This document shows positions 34,185 to 45,519 of a stretch of DNA of 64,000 nucleotides, piece after piece. Numbering within the stretch: position 1 is the stretch's first letter; every line of letters starts with the position of its first letter. The notes below the pieces were generated by a model. The model made no database searches. It saw only the letters and a program-made list of their open reading frames with translations, and had not been told where the DNA came from. Where the stretch lies: the NCBI GenBank assembly GCA_964016885.1, contig OZ024763.1, positions 23,374,001 to 23,438,000 on the forward strand, in the 5' to 3' direction. A program made the position numbers and the translations under genes. The stretch comes from Eledone cirrhosa. Taxonomy: Eukaryota.

Positions 34185-35918
34185 CTACCTGTTCGGCTCC
34201 TGAGGAGCAGGTTGCACAATATCCATGGGCGTATTGGAGGGGTTGTTTGGTGGGGTGTTGTTCTGTGGTGGAGTGGGGGTGTTTGGTGAGGTGTGGGTGG
34301 GGAAACGTTTCAAGAGGACGCGGTTATAGGGTCGAGTACATGTTTTCCCCACGTCCTCAGGAAAGTTCTCTCTTAGTTTTGCATAGGTGTCCATTGGGAG
34401 TCTTATCATTTTTAAATGCGGTTTGTTGGCCGCGCTTGCAAAGAATTGTCCTTCAGTTTCCACCAAAGGGTCTTTGTGTATTGTTTTTACTAGTTCTTTG
34501 TTATTTGTGTTAATGTATGTATACTGTTTTATTTGTGTTGTGTTTGTTTGTTGTTCTTGTGTGTGCTTACGTTTTGTTGTATGTGTTATGTTTTGGGGTG
34601 GGGCGGATTTTGTTTGTTCTGTTTGTTTTGTTTTTGTTGGTGGTTGTGTGTTTGTTTCGTTTATGTTCGAGTGGTGCTTTCTTTTTTTCCTTTTTACAGG
34701 TTGGAAGGGTTCCCCCTCTTCGTCACTAGGTGCCGTTTCCGCTGGGTCCTCGTCCGTGCTGTCGGGTAGTGGTGTATTTTGGGGTTTTGTTGTATTTGTG
34801 TGTGTTTTGGGAGTTGTTTTGGGTGGGGCCGTGTCTTGTGTTATTTTTCCCTGTTGTTTTTGTTGTTGTTGTGGTGGTGGTGGTGGAGGTGGTGGTGGTG
34901 GCGGTGGTGGTGTGTGGAGTGTAGGCAAAAGAGCCTTTTTTTTTGTCAATTGAGGACAAGCAGCCCTTAGATGACCCCTGCTTGAACAGTAGTAACATAT
35001 GGGCCTCCTACCCTCGGCTGAAATATATATAAATGTTTCTCCATCGAGGGACACCCTCTGTGGTATTCTAGCGATTCGTTCTGGTCTCATTTGGACCAGA
35101 ACCTCCACGCTCAAACCGCCGAAAACGTCTGTGGTGACTTCTCCTACTGAGAGGATTCCGTCCTCGTCTTCTAAAAACCCTGTTAGTACCCAGGAAATGC
35201 ATGCATTTGGCCGGATTCCGGAGACCCTTATCTTCTGCGTTCTTTTCCCTAAATATGTGGGGAAAAATGTATGTAGCTTGGAAACAATTGGTGCCACAGA
35301 GTATTTCCTGGCCGTCAATTGATCCTTCATTAGGACCGTTATATTCCCATAGAGTGGCCCTTTTTGTATGAACGATATATCACTCCACACATTTTTTAGG
35401 ACCAGCTCAATCTCTTTTTGGGATAATTGAGTTGGTTTCCTTGTTATGTTGGAAATTGTTCTGAAAGATATCGTTCTTAGCGTCGTGTCTCTTTTGATTT
35501 CTTGTGGGGAGGTGATTGTGAAGTCTCCTCCTTCTTTGAAAGTTACATACTGTTTCGCTTCCTTCATCTTTTCTCTCAGAGTTGTAATGTCCAGTTGCTT
35601 GCAGGTTTGTGTTTTCCGGACCGCCTGTGCAAAGGAGGTACCAGTAGTGGGTTCGCTTTGTTTGGTGTTATCGTTATTTTTTCCTTGGTTGGTGTTGTGA
35701 CTATTGCTGTTATTGTCGTTGTTGTTTTTGTCTGCGTTTATGTGACTTTCTGGGTTTTCACCCATTTTTTCAAATTTTTCTTTTAATTCCGTGTTCCATG
35801 TTTCTTTTGCAGAAGTCAGGAGGGAAGACTTAGAGCCTTGTGCTTCTAGCTTCTCTGTATCACCTTTCTTAGGGGGCGTGGCTTTCACGTTAGGATGAGA
35901 TGTGAAAATTCCGTCCAT
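34185..35918 (-). CDS. ORF1 of copy 2 (577 aa from first ATG)
   Basis: CCHC knuckle; differs from copy 1 by P/L, E/G and three prolines. Confidence 0.9.
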   Translation of the reverse strand: MDGIFTSHPNVKATPPKKGDTEKLEAQGSKSSLLTSAKETWNTELKEKFEKMGENPESHINADKNNNDNNSNSHNTNQGKNNDNTKQSEPTTGTSFAQAVRKTQTCKQLDITTLREKMKEAKQYVTFKEGGDFTITSPQEIKRDTTLRTISFRTISNITRKPTQLSQKEIELVLKNVWSDISFIQKGPLYGNITVLMKDQLTARKYSVAPIVSKLHTFFPTYLGKRTQKIRVSGIRPNACISWVLTGFLEDEDGILSVGEVTTDVFGGLSVEVLVQMRPERIARIPQRVSLDGETFIYISAEGRRPICYYCSSRGHLRAACPQLTKKKALLPTLHTPPPPPPPPPPPPPQQQQKQQGKITQDTAPPKTTPKTHTNTTKPQNTPLPDSTDEDPAETAPSDEEGEPFQPVKRKKRKHHSNINETNTQPPTKTKQTEQTKSAPPQNITHTTKRKHTQEQQTNTTQIKQYTYINTNNKELVKTIHKDPLVETEGQFFASAANKPHLKMIRLPMDTYAKLRENFPEDVGKTCTRPYNRVLLKRFPTHTSPNTPTPPQNNTPPNNPSNTPMDIVQPAPQEPNR

Positions 35919-37116
35919 TTCTATTAGTTTGCCGTAATAAATTTTTAACTGGAAAATTCGCCCCAAAAAGGGGCGAAAATAAATAAACTCAAAGTTTGAC
36001 GACCAAGGCAAGGGGTTAACGTATATTACAGTATAAAAAAATTAATCAAAACTCACTTTTTGAGTAAGTAAATCCGACTCGGTAGCCGAGCTTGTTCACA
36101 CACGTCAACACACGTCTCTCGTATACGAGATGTTATGTGAGATATTATGTGAGGTAAAGTCTTTACTGTGAAAATATAATAGTATATATAGAGTAATGTG
36201 AATGTTATGTGAGATATTATGTGAGGTAAAGCCTTTACTGTGAAAATACAATAGTATATATAGAGTAATGTAAATGTTATGTGAGATATTATGTGAGGTA
36301 AAGACTTTACTGTGAAAATACAATAGTATATATAGAGTAATGTAAATGTTATGTGAGATATTATGTGAGGTAAAGACTTTACTGTGAAAATACAATAGTA
36401 TATATAGAGTAATGTAAATGTTATGTGAGATATTATGTGAAGTAAAGTCTTTACTGTGAAAACAGTATATATAGAGTAATGTAAATGTTATGTGAGATAG
36501 TATGTGAGGTAAAGACTTTACTGTGAAAATACAATAGTATATATAGAGTAATGTAAATGTTATGTGAGGTAAAGCCTTTACTGTGAAAATACAATAGTAT
36601 ATATAGAGTAATGTAAATGTTATGTGAGATATTATGTGAGGTAAAGCCTTTACTGTGAAAATACAATAGTATATATAGAGTAATGTAAATGTTATGTGAG
36701 ATATTATGTGAGGTAAAGCCTTTACTGTGAAAATACAATAGTATATATAGAGTAATGTAAATGTTATGTGAGATATTATGTGAAGTAATTCCTTTACTGT
36801 GAAAATACAATAGTATATATAGAGTAATGTAAATGTTATGTGAGATATTATGTGAAGTAATTCCTTTACTGTGAAAATACAATAGTATATATAGAGTAAT
36901 GTAAATGTTATGTGAGATATTATGTGAAGTAATTCCTTTACTGTGAAAATACAATAGTATATATAGAGTAATGTAAATGTTATGTGAGATATTATGTGAG
37001 GTAAAGCCTTTACTGTGAAAATACAATAGTATATATAGAGTAATGTAAATGCTAAAGGTTTATGGTAGAGTTTTAAAACTATGGTAATGAATATGTTTTT
37101 CTACTAACGTTTCTAG

Positions 37117-37260
37117 GGGGTGGTTCACCAGAGTTGGCGTTGAAGTACTATCTATCTTCGTTGTGTCGGAAAAGAACTGTAGCCTGTATCCATGAACACA
37201 TCTTGGTACCAACGTTGTGTAATGTCGCTGGTCAGTTTTCCAAGCACAAGCTTCGACACG
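37117..37260 (+). CDS. Host gene exon f (TPR)
   Basis: Branch point TACTAAC near 37102, acceptor ttctag|GG and donor CACG|gtaagg; 144 nt, phase 1-1; encodes RGGSPELALKYYLSSLCRKRTVACIHEHILVPTLCNVAGQFSKHKLRH. Confidence 0.85.
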
Positions 37261-37409
37261 GTAAGGTTACAGCTGATGACTAGTTGACACTATTTGAACC
37301 TTTTACACACACCACATACATCAAATGCACATCACGGCATGGCACTGCACACCACCAATAACTACAGGGCTTGTTTTGGTTGGTTTAATACATTTCTCTA
37401 TCCCTCTCT

Positions 37410-37443
37410 AACTATCTTTCTCTCTCTCTGTCTTTCTCTCTTA

Positions 37444-37479
<36 letters not shown>

Positions 37480-37800
37480 TCTCTCTTTCTGTCTCTGTTT
37501 CTCTAATCCCTCTCCCTCTGTCTCTCTGCCTCACTCTCTTTCTCTCATCTCTCTCACTCTCTCTCTTACACACTCTCTCTCTCTTCTACTCTTTCTCTCT
37601 CTCTTACACCTCTCTCTCACTCTCTTCCACTCTCTCTCTCTCTCTTACACACCCTCTCACTCTCTTCCACACCCTCTCTCTCTCTCTCACATCTCTCTCT
37701 CACATCTCTCTCACTCTCTCCCACTACACACTCTCTCTCTCACTCTCTCCCACAACACACTCTCTCTCTCTTCCACTCACTCACTCATTCTCTCTGTCTC
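37410..37800. repeat. (CT)n/(CA)n microsatellite serving as polypyrimidine tract
   Basis: Direct inspection; it ends at the exon g acceptor. Confidence 0.9.
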
Positions 37801-37805
37801 TCCAG

Positions 37806-37917
37806 ATTTGGCCTTAAAGTTCTTGTGGGAAGCTAAAGAGATACGGAAGCGCTGTGGCTGGGTGCATTCCTACACTGCACTGGTTCTGTGGAACATTGGA
37901 ATGGTTACCATGAGAAT
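37806..37917 (+). CDS. Host gene exon g (TPR)
   Basis: Acceptor ctccag|AT and donor AAT|gtaaga; 112 nt, phase 1-2; encodes DLALKFLWEAKEIRKRCGWVHSYTALVLWNIGMVTMR. Confidence 0.85.
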
Positions 37918-37939
37918 GTAAGACATTGTTGTTGTTTAC

Positions 37940-38930
37940 AGTGATGATGATGACAGTGGTGGTGGTACTGTTGTGGTGGTGGTGGTGATGGTAATGGTAG
38001 TGATGGTGGTAGTGGTAATAGTGGCGATAGTGGTAGTGGTAGTGGTAATAGTGCTAATGGTGGTGGTACTGTTGTGGTGGTGGTGGTAATGGTAGTGATG
38101 GTGGCGGTGGTGGTAGTGGTAATAGTGGTGGTAATGGTAGTGGTGGTGATAGTGGTAATGGTGGTGGTAGTGGTGGTGATGGTAATGGTAGTGATGGTGG
38201 TAATGGTAGTGATGGTGGTAGTGGTAATAGTGGCGGTAGTGGTGGTGGTAGTGGTAATAGTGGTAATGGTGGTGGTAGTGGTGGTGGTAATGGTAGTGAT
38301 GGTGGTAGTGGTAATAGTGGCGGTGGTGGTAGTGGTAATAGTGGTGGTAATGGTAGTGGTGGTAATAGTGGTAATGGTGGTGGTAGTGGTGGTACTGTTG
38401 TGGTGGTGGTGGTGGTGGTAATGGTAGTGATGGTGGTAGTTGTAATAGTGGCGGTGGTGGTGGTAGTGGTAATAGTGGTAATGGTGGTGGTAGTGGTGGT
38501 ACTGTTGTGGTGGTGGTGGTGGTGGTAATGGTAGTGATGGTGGTAGTGGTAATAGTGGCGGTGGTGGTAGTGGTAATAGTGGTGGTAATGGTAGTGGTAA
38601 TAGTGGTAATGGTGGTGGTAGTGGTGGTACTGTTGTGGTGGTAATGGTGGTGGTGGTGGTAATGGTGGTGGTGGTGGTAATAGTGGTGGTAGTGGTAATA
38701 GTGGTGGTGGTGGTAATGATAGTGGTAATAGTGGTGGTATTGTTGTGGTGGTAATGGTGGTGGTGGTAGTGGTGGTACTGTTGTGGTTGGTGGTACTGTT
38801 GTTGGTGGTGGAAGTGGTAATAGTGGTGGTGGTGGATGCTGTTGTTGGTAGTGGTAATAGTGTTGGTGGTGGTGGAAGTGGTAGTCGTGGTTATGGTAGT
38901 GGTGGTGGTGGTAGTAGTGGTAATGGTAGT
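37940..38930. repeat. Compound (GGT/AGT/AAT)n microsatellite
   Basis: Direct inspection. Confidence 0.95.
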
Positions 38931-38949
38931 GCTCAAACTAGACTAGAAA

Positions 38950-39600
38950 GTATACAGTGTACTGGGGGATGTATTTTATCATGACACCAGCACTGCCACT
39001 TTACTGAGTGTACTGGGTGTATTTTATGACACCAGCACTACCACCTTACAGAGTGGACTTGGTGTATTATATCATGACACCAACACTACTAATTTACAGA
39101 GTGTACTGGGTGTATTTTATCATGACACCAGCACTACCACGTTACAGAGTGTACTGGGTGTATTTTATCATGACACCAGCACTACCTCCTTACAGAGTGG
39201 ACTTGGTGTATTATATCATGACACCAACACTACTAATTTACAGAGTGTACTGGGTGTATTTTATCATGACACCAGCACTACCACTTTACAGAGTGTACTG
39301 GGTGTATTTTATCATGACACCAACACTACTACTTTACAGAGTGTACTGGGTGTATTTTATCATGAAATCAACACTACTACTTTACAGAGTGTACTGGGTG
39401 TATTTTATCATGACACCAGCACTACTACTTTACAGAGTGTACTGGGTGTATTTTATCATTTCCCCCAACACTACCACCTTACAGAGTGTACTGGGTGTAT
39501 TATATCATGACACCAAGACGACCACTTTACAGAGTGGACTGGGTGTATTATATCATGACACCAGCACAACTACTTTACAGGGTGTACTGGGTGTATTATA
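38950..39600. repeat. 48-bp minisatellite, ~13 copies
   Basis: Unit TTACAGAGTGTACTGGGTGTATTTTATCATGACACCAGCACTACCACT. Confidence 0.92.
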
Positions 39601-39614
39601 GCTTTATACATGTT

Positions 39615-39991
39615 GGTAGATTGGCAGTATCGGTGAAAGGTCGGACATGCTTTCCAGCATAGTTACGTCCCTTTACGATCTGAGTTCAAATCCCGCCGAG
39701 GTTGACTTTGCCTTTCATCCTTACGGGGTCGATAAAATAAAGTCCCAGTAATGTACTGGGTAATTGCTGGCCTTGTGCCAAAAGTAGGAACAATTATAAG
39801 GGCGGTAGATTGGCAGTATCGGTAGAGGGTCGGACGCCATGCTTTGACGCATAGAGTTACGGCCCTTGCTATTCTGAGTTCAAATCCCGCCGAGGTTAAC
39901 TTTGCCTTTCATCCTTATGGGGTCGATAAAATAAAGTACCAGTAATACACTGGGTAATTGCTGGCCTTGTGCCAAAAGTAGAAACAATTAT
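39615..39991 (+). mobile_element. Two head-to-tail tRNA-derived SINEs (family 1): ~39615-39797 and 39800-39991
   Basis: Each has A box TGGCAGTATCGG, B box GAGTTCAAATCC and 3' end CTGGCCTTGTGCCAAAAGTAGAAACAATTAT. Further copies lie at 40366-40526 (+) and 42061-42252 (-). Confidence 0.88.
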
Positions 39992-40062
39992 ATCTTTATA
40001 CTGTGATTAATTAATTCTGTATGATTAATGGCGGATTTCATTTACCCTGTTTCACATTGTAG

Positions 40063-40324
40063 GGGTTGCCCTGCGAAAGCCCTTCCCGATCTCTGCGAAG
40101 CTGTCACAATGTACAACCGGGTGAATCCTAAACACTATGTTAATGCCGAGGTAAGGATCTGGTTGGCACACTGTGCCCATGTGGTGGGGGACACTGCAAG
40201 AATGCAGGGGCTTCTATTAGAAGTCTTGGAAAACAAGGATGACTTTATGCAGTTGCGACCCCTCAGTGAAGCAGTCAGCTGCATTTTGGAGCACTTCGTC
40301 AGATTCAGTACGGAAAACCCTGTG
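40063..40324 (+). CDS. Host gene exon h (TPR-like/helical)
   Basis: Acceptor attgtag|G and donor GTG|gtaagc; 262 nt, phase 2-0; encodes MGCPAKALPDLCEAVTMYNRVNPKH..RFSTENPV. A competing in-frame donor exists after 40150. Confidence 0.75.
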
Positions 40325-40878
40325 GTAAGCTTCTTAACTTTTATTTCATTGACCTATTGTCATTAATCGGTAGAGCGTCAGACGCCATGCTTCGCAGCTT
40401 GGAGTTACAGCCCTTTATGTTCAAATTCTGTCGAGGTTAACTTTGCCTTTCATCCTTACGGGGTCGATAAAATAAAGTACACTGAGGTAATTGCTGGCCT
40501 TGTGCCTAAAGTAGAAACAAGTATTATTGGGTTGTGGAGTGTTGGTATTGGTAGATACCGGACAACATGCTTTGCGGCATATGATTATTTAAAGCCTAAC
40601 AGTGTTGTCCAACGCCAGAAGAAAAACAACATATATATATATATAGTTCCCAGTTCCACACTGTAAATGTAGTTGATGTTAAGAAGGGCATCCAGCCATA
40701 GAAAGCCTGCCAGATACAGTCCTATATGAGCGAGACACGGTCACGCGACCAACCTTGCCTCAAGTGGCACAACTCCCGTCTAACCCATGCTAGCGTGGAA
40801 GATGGACGTTAAACGATGATGATGATGATATATACAATGATATTAAATAAATGGAAACTATATTTATAAAACCATATT

Positions 40879-40939
40879 TATTCTATTATATATATTTCAA
40901 GGGTACCAAAACATTGGTACGCTTTCATCAGATAAAATA
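40879..40939 (-). ncRNA. Minimal type I hammerhead ribozyme motif
   Basis: Minus strand reads TATTTTAT-CTGATGA-AAGCGTACCAA-TGTT-TTGGTACCCTT-GAAAT-ATAT-ATA-ATAGAATA. Confidence 0.72.
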
Positions 40940-41708
40940 CAAAGTTTGTTTTATAAATTTTGACATAACCAAGAAAAAGATACCTTAACGGTTCAAGTTT
41001 TCCTTGGATAGTGAAGGGATAAGAGAAGAAAAGTCAGATATTTCAAATTTTTAAGATGAGTATGCAAATGAGGTTGAAGTATAGGGCTGAAAAAAAACGT
41101 TATTTTAGACGCTATGCAGAATTTAAATAATTAGGATATATGTATGTATGAGTAGGAAGAAGAGCTTGTATTTACGTTAATTTAAAAGGAAAACTTGTCG
41201 AGTGCTCTGAATCAGTTATAACCATTTATATTTGTTGAATTACCAACAAATTGAATATCCCTTGTGCTTATATATATATATATATATATATAAACATCAT
41301 ACATATATATATATATATATATATATAAATATAAGTATGTACACGTACATACATATATGTATACAGACGTACAGTAGTTTGTATATTTATATACATAGAT
41401 GCACACATATATATATATGTACGTATGGATTCACCGAACATTTATTATAATGCTCGGTGTGTTTGTAAACAAACATCCCGTATTAAGCCGTAGTGTCTAG
41501 CAACCATCGTTGCTCGTTTGTTCAACACTGACAAAGGAACGCTATACTAGTTTCAAGCTTATTAGTTATCGTCTCTATTGTATGTATTATGTGTTTTCCT
41601 CATGTTTTCAATATTAAGGTATATAAATATTGGATTTTGTCATATATTACTCACTACCATGACTGAATCTTAACCATCTACTATGTCAGGGTAAGTCATG
41701 CATCATCT

Positions 41709-41775
41709 TATTTTATCTGATGAGGACGTACTGTTGAAGTTAACTCAGAACCTCTGAAATATGTATAATAAAATA
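41709..41775 (+). ncRNA. Hammerhead ribozyme motif with degenerate stem II
   Basis: TATTTTAT-CTGATGA-[32 nt]-GAAAT-ATGT-ATA-ATAAAATA; the 8-bp stem I is perfect. Confidence 0.55.
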
Positions 41776-41908
41776 TACTTGATCACAAGAATATCTATTT
41801 TGTTAATATTTTGAATTAATATTAATAACTCTGGAAAACCATTGCTGTTGAGTACTTCCAATCTATTGTAAAACTCATTCTTTGATGTATTCATTGAACC
41901 TTGTTTAA

Positions 41909-41947
<39 letters not shown>

Positions 41948-42032
41948 TTTCTTTAAAACCAATTGTAAGTACAAGACAGTTTAGAATAAAAAAAAAATAT
42001 TTTAGTACTGAGTTTTCATGCAATGTAAGCCC

Positions 42033-43360
42033 TTAACCCTTTAGTATTTACATTACCTTATAATAATTGTTTCTACTTTTGGCACAAGGCCAGCAATTAC
42101 CCAGTGAATCACTGGTACTTTATTTTATCGACCCTATAAGGATGAAAGGTAAAGTTAACCTCGGCAGGATTTGAACTCAGAATGGCAAGGGTCGTAACTC
42201 TATGCGTCAAAGCATGACGTCCGACCGTCTACCGATACTGCCAATCCACCAGCCCCTTTAATAATATTACCTTATCATAATATCTCACATAACATTTACA
42301 TTACTCTATATATACTATTGTACTTTCACAGTAAAGGCTTTACCTCACATAATATCTCACATAACATTTACATTACTCTATATATACTATTGTATTTTCA
42401 CAGTAAAGGCTTTACCTCACATAATATCTCACATAACATTTACATTACTCTATATATACTATTGTATTTTCACAGTAAAGGCTTTACCTCACATAATATC
42501 TCAAATAACATTTACATTACTCTATATATACTATTGTATTTTCACAGTAAAGGCTTTACTTCACATAATATCTCACATAACATTTACATTACTCTATATA
42601 TACTATTGTACTTTCACAGTAAAGGCTTTACCTCACATAATATCTCACATAACATTTACATTACTCTATATATACTATTGTATTTTCACAGTAAAGGCTT
42701 TACTTCACATAATATCTCACATAACATTTACATTACTCTATATATACTATTATATTTTCACAGTAAAGGCTTTACCTCACATAATATCTCACATAACATT
42801 TACATTACTCTATATATACTATTGTATTTTCACAGTAAAGGCTTTACCTCACATAATATCTCACATAACATTTACATTACTCTATATATACTATTGTATT
42901 TTCACAGTAAACGCTTTACCTCACATAATATCTCACATAACATTTACATTACTCTATATATACTATTATATTTTCACAGTAAAGGCTTTACCTCACATAA
43001 TATCTCACATAACATTTACATTACTCTATATATACTATTGTATTTTCGCAGTAAAGGCTTTACCTCACATAATATCTCACATAACATTTACATTACCCTA
43101 TATATACTATTGTACTTTCACAGTAAACGCTTTACCTCACATAATATCTCAAATAACATTTACATTACTCTCTATATACTATTGTATTTTCACGGTAAAG
43201 TCTTTATCTCACATTATATTGAGTCCATGAAATGTTGATACTATTTATTGTGAGAACAATACCTTAATGTCAGCATGAGTGGCCAGTTACAGCCAGTTTG
43301 AACAGATAGAGGTGAGAGAATTCTGGCCGGATACGTCTGGTTTAAATGCTAAAGGGTTAA
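42033..43360. mobile_element. TTAA MITE copy E with ~13 units of the 72-bp repeat and a nested SINE
   Basis: TTAA-CCCTTTAGTATTTA ... TAAATGCTAAAGGG-TTAA; the SINE at 42061-42252 is flanked by ATTACCTTAT direct repeats. Confidence 0.9.
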
Positions 43361-43454
43361 GATACTTTGAGTAATTTAATCTGGCCTAACCTATTCGTTG
43401 ACATCATCATCATCATCATCATGTCTCAGTATATAATGTATATATATATCATCT

Positions 43455-44180
43455 CATTTTACATTCGCTTTTCCCTGCTTGCAAGGGTGGGACAGGTCCT
43501 ATTCAGCACAGCATCTCTCTACTTGTCACGGTCCTTCATCATCTTCTCCGTGAGCCTCAGTGATCTGAGGTCTGCTCTCACCACCTCCACCTATGTTTTT
43601 CGTGGTCTTCCTCTACTGCGTCTTCCTCTATTGGGATTTCTTGGCACTTCTTCACCCAGCGGTCATCCTCCATGCGCATCACATGTCCATACCAACGCAG
43701 TCTTCTCTCCCACACACCACAACTTATCCCTCTTACACACAGTTTCTTTCTCAACACATCCATGCTCGGTTGTTCACGTACATTGACATTGCACATCCAA
43801 CGGAGCATACTTGCTTCATTTTTATCCAGCCGTCGCATATCCTGTGCAGTTGCTGGCCATGTCTCATTTCGCACATCTCACACAGGCATCATATAACCGT
43901 CCTTTCGTACACAGGGAGAAACCCTTCTTTGTCAACAGAAGAAGCAGCTCCCTAAATATCTTCCAACTCGACCTTATTCTGGATACTATGGCCTCGGAAC
44001 ATCCTCCTCCCTTGCTAATCTGATCACCTAGGTACCGGAAGCTATCAACCACTCCTATAGAACCCACCTGCATTTGAAAAATGTGTCTATCACTGCGATT
44101 ACTACTATCACATTTCCCTGTACATCTACTGCATACGTAGTTTTCCCTACCTGTTAGTTACCTGCTATCCCACTACATCT
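43455..44180 (-). mobile_element. Degenerate RTE LINE 3' fragment (diverged subfamily)
   Basis: Frameshifted peptides VDSFRYLGDQISKGGGCSEAI and NEASMLRWMCNV..ERRLRWYGHVMRM are homologous to ORF 56847-59966. Confidence 0.88.
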
Positions 44181-44730
44181 CTAATAAAAGATACTTGCTC
44201 ACTGATTCATATTTGAAGAGTTCTACTATGTATATGCAAACCTGCCAACCTTTAAAAACGCAAACGGGGAGTACAATGAAAAAAAGTGCCCCAGAATGGG
44301 GAGAAATGAGGCAAAATTGGGGAGATTTTACATAATGAAAGCTATATCTGAGAAGACATCACTCACCCGACCGAAAGTGGCTGAGAGATGTCCCCGTCAG
44401 ATTCGGAGGTCTGTATATGTCTTAAGTCTAAAGTCTGTCTTTAGCCATTTAAGCTTCATTCGTCCAGTGCTTATCCCAGTTTCATGACGTGAAGCGACTG
44501 AGAGTACAAGGCTTCTCCTGGACAGGACACCAGTCCATCACAGGGTTGAAGTCTATATCAAGCCAGAAGTTCTCGTCAGGCCATTGCTTATCCTGGTTTC
44601 ATGGTGTGAAGTGACTGAGAGTACAAGACTTACCCTGGACAGGACGCCAGTCGATCAGTTACATTTCCAGCTAATGCTGGTAGTCATTTTCAGCTGAGTA
44701 TACTGGAGCAGTGTATTAATGAAGTGTTTT

Positions 44731-45364
44731 AATGAGGGATCAGATGTTTACTCGAGAGAAGACTACGTTGGTACGGTCACGTGATGCGCATGAAAGACGA
44801 CAGCTGTATAAAAAAGTGCAGGGCAATAAAAATAGACGGTAGCCACGGAGTAGGCAGACCCAGAAAAACCTGGGACAACTTAATAAATTCCGACCTCACA
44901 CACTTACACCTCTCCAAGACAATGTCACTAGACCGAGATCTTTGGCGCTACACAGTAATACAGAAGACCCGCCTTGCCTAAGTACAAAGCGAAACCTACA
45001 GTCAGTAGGCACCTCTTAACAAAAATACACCCCCGTCCCACTACCCCCACCCCATCCACACCACCCCTTTCAATGTAATGTTATGTTGGTACCACAACAT
45101 CCAGTCCGAAACAAATGAGGTCGTGTAGGTGTCACGACAAAAAAAACACACAGTCCACGCTGTAATGTGGCCGTGTAGGTAACACGGTAAAAACCTCCCA
45201 GCCCCACTGTAAATGTGGTTGGTGTTAGGAAGGGCATCCAACCGTAGAAAACCCACCAGACAGTCCTATGCGAGCAGGACAACCACTCTTGCCTCAAGTG
45301 GGAAAACTCCCGTCCAAACCCATGCAAGCGTGGAAGATGGACGTTAAATGATGATGATGATGAT
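44731..45364 (+). mobile_element. 5'-truncated RTE inserted into a minus-strand SINE (44430-45462)
   Basis: Encodes MRMKDDSCIKKCRAIKIDG and ends in a (GAT)n tail; the SINE motif GAAGTGTTT|TGCTCAAG is split across it. Confidence 0.88.
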
Positions 45365-45519
45365 GTTTTGCTCAAGAACACATCAAACCCAGTCTAGGAA
45401 TCAAACCTGTGACATTATGATGGGAAGCCGAACGCCCCTTACCACTAGGCCATATGCCTCCTCCACATACCATGTATATGTGGTGTGGTAAATAAATATA
45501 TATATCAGGACTGAACCAC

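Larger units (their letters stand above)
30489..36130 (-). mobile_element. Full-length L1/Tx1-clade retrotransposon, copy 2
   Basis: Near-identical to copy 1 at offset 6709, with identical junctions and a 9-bp shorter poly-Pro tract. Confidence 0.95.
19881..37062. repeat. Interrupted 72-bp satellite array (left-truncated MITE copy D) hosting a mariner, an RTE fragment and two Tx1-like LINEs
   Basis: Unit TGTTATGTGAGATATTATGTGAGGTAAAGCCTTTACTGTGAAAATACAATAGTATATATAGAGTAATGTAAA occurs in segments 19885-19931, 21226-22254, 22899-23779, 29431-30488 and 36131-37050. The array ends in the TIR-like TAAATGCTAAAGGTTTA. Confidence 0.9.

Noticed and set aside
39800-39890. tRNA gene
   Set aside because: A and B boxes are present, but the head continues into a repeated SINE body seen at six loci; no cloverleaf is evident.
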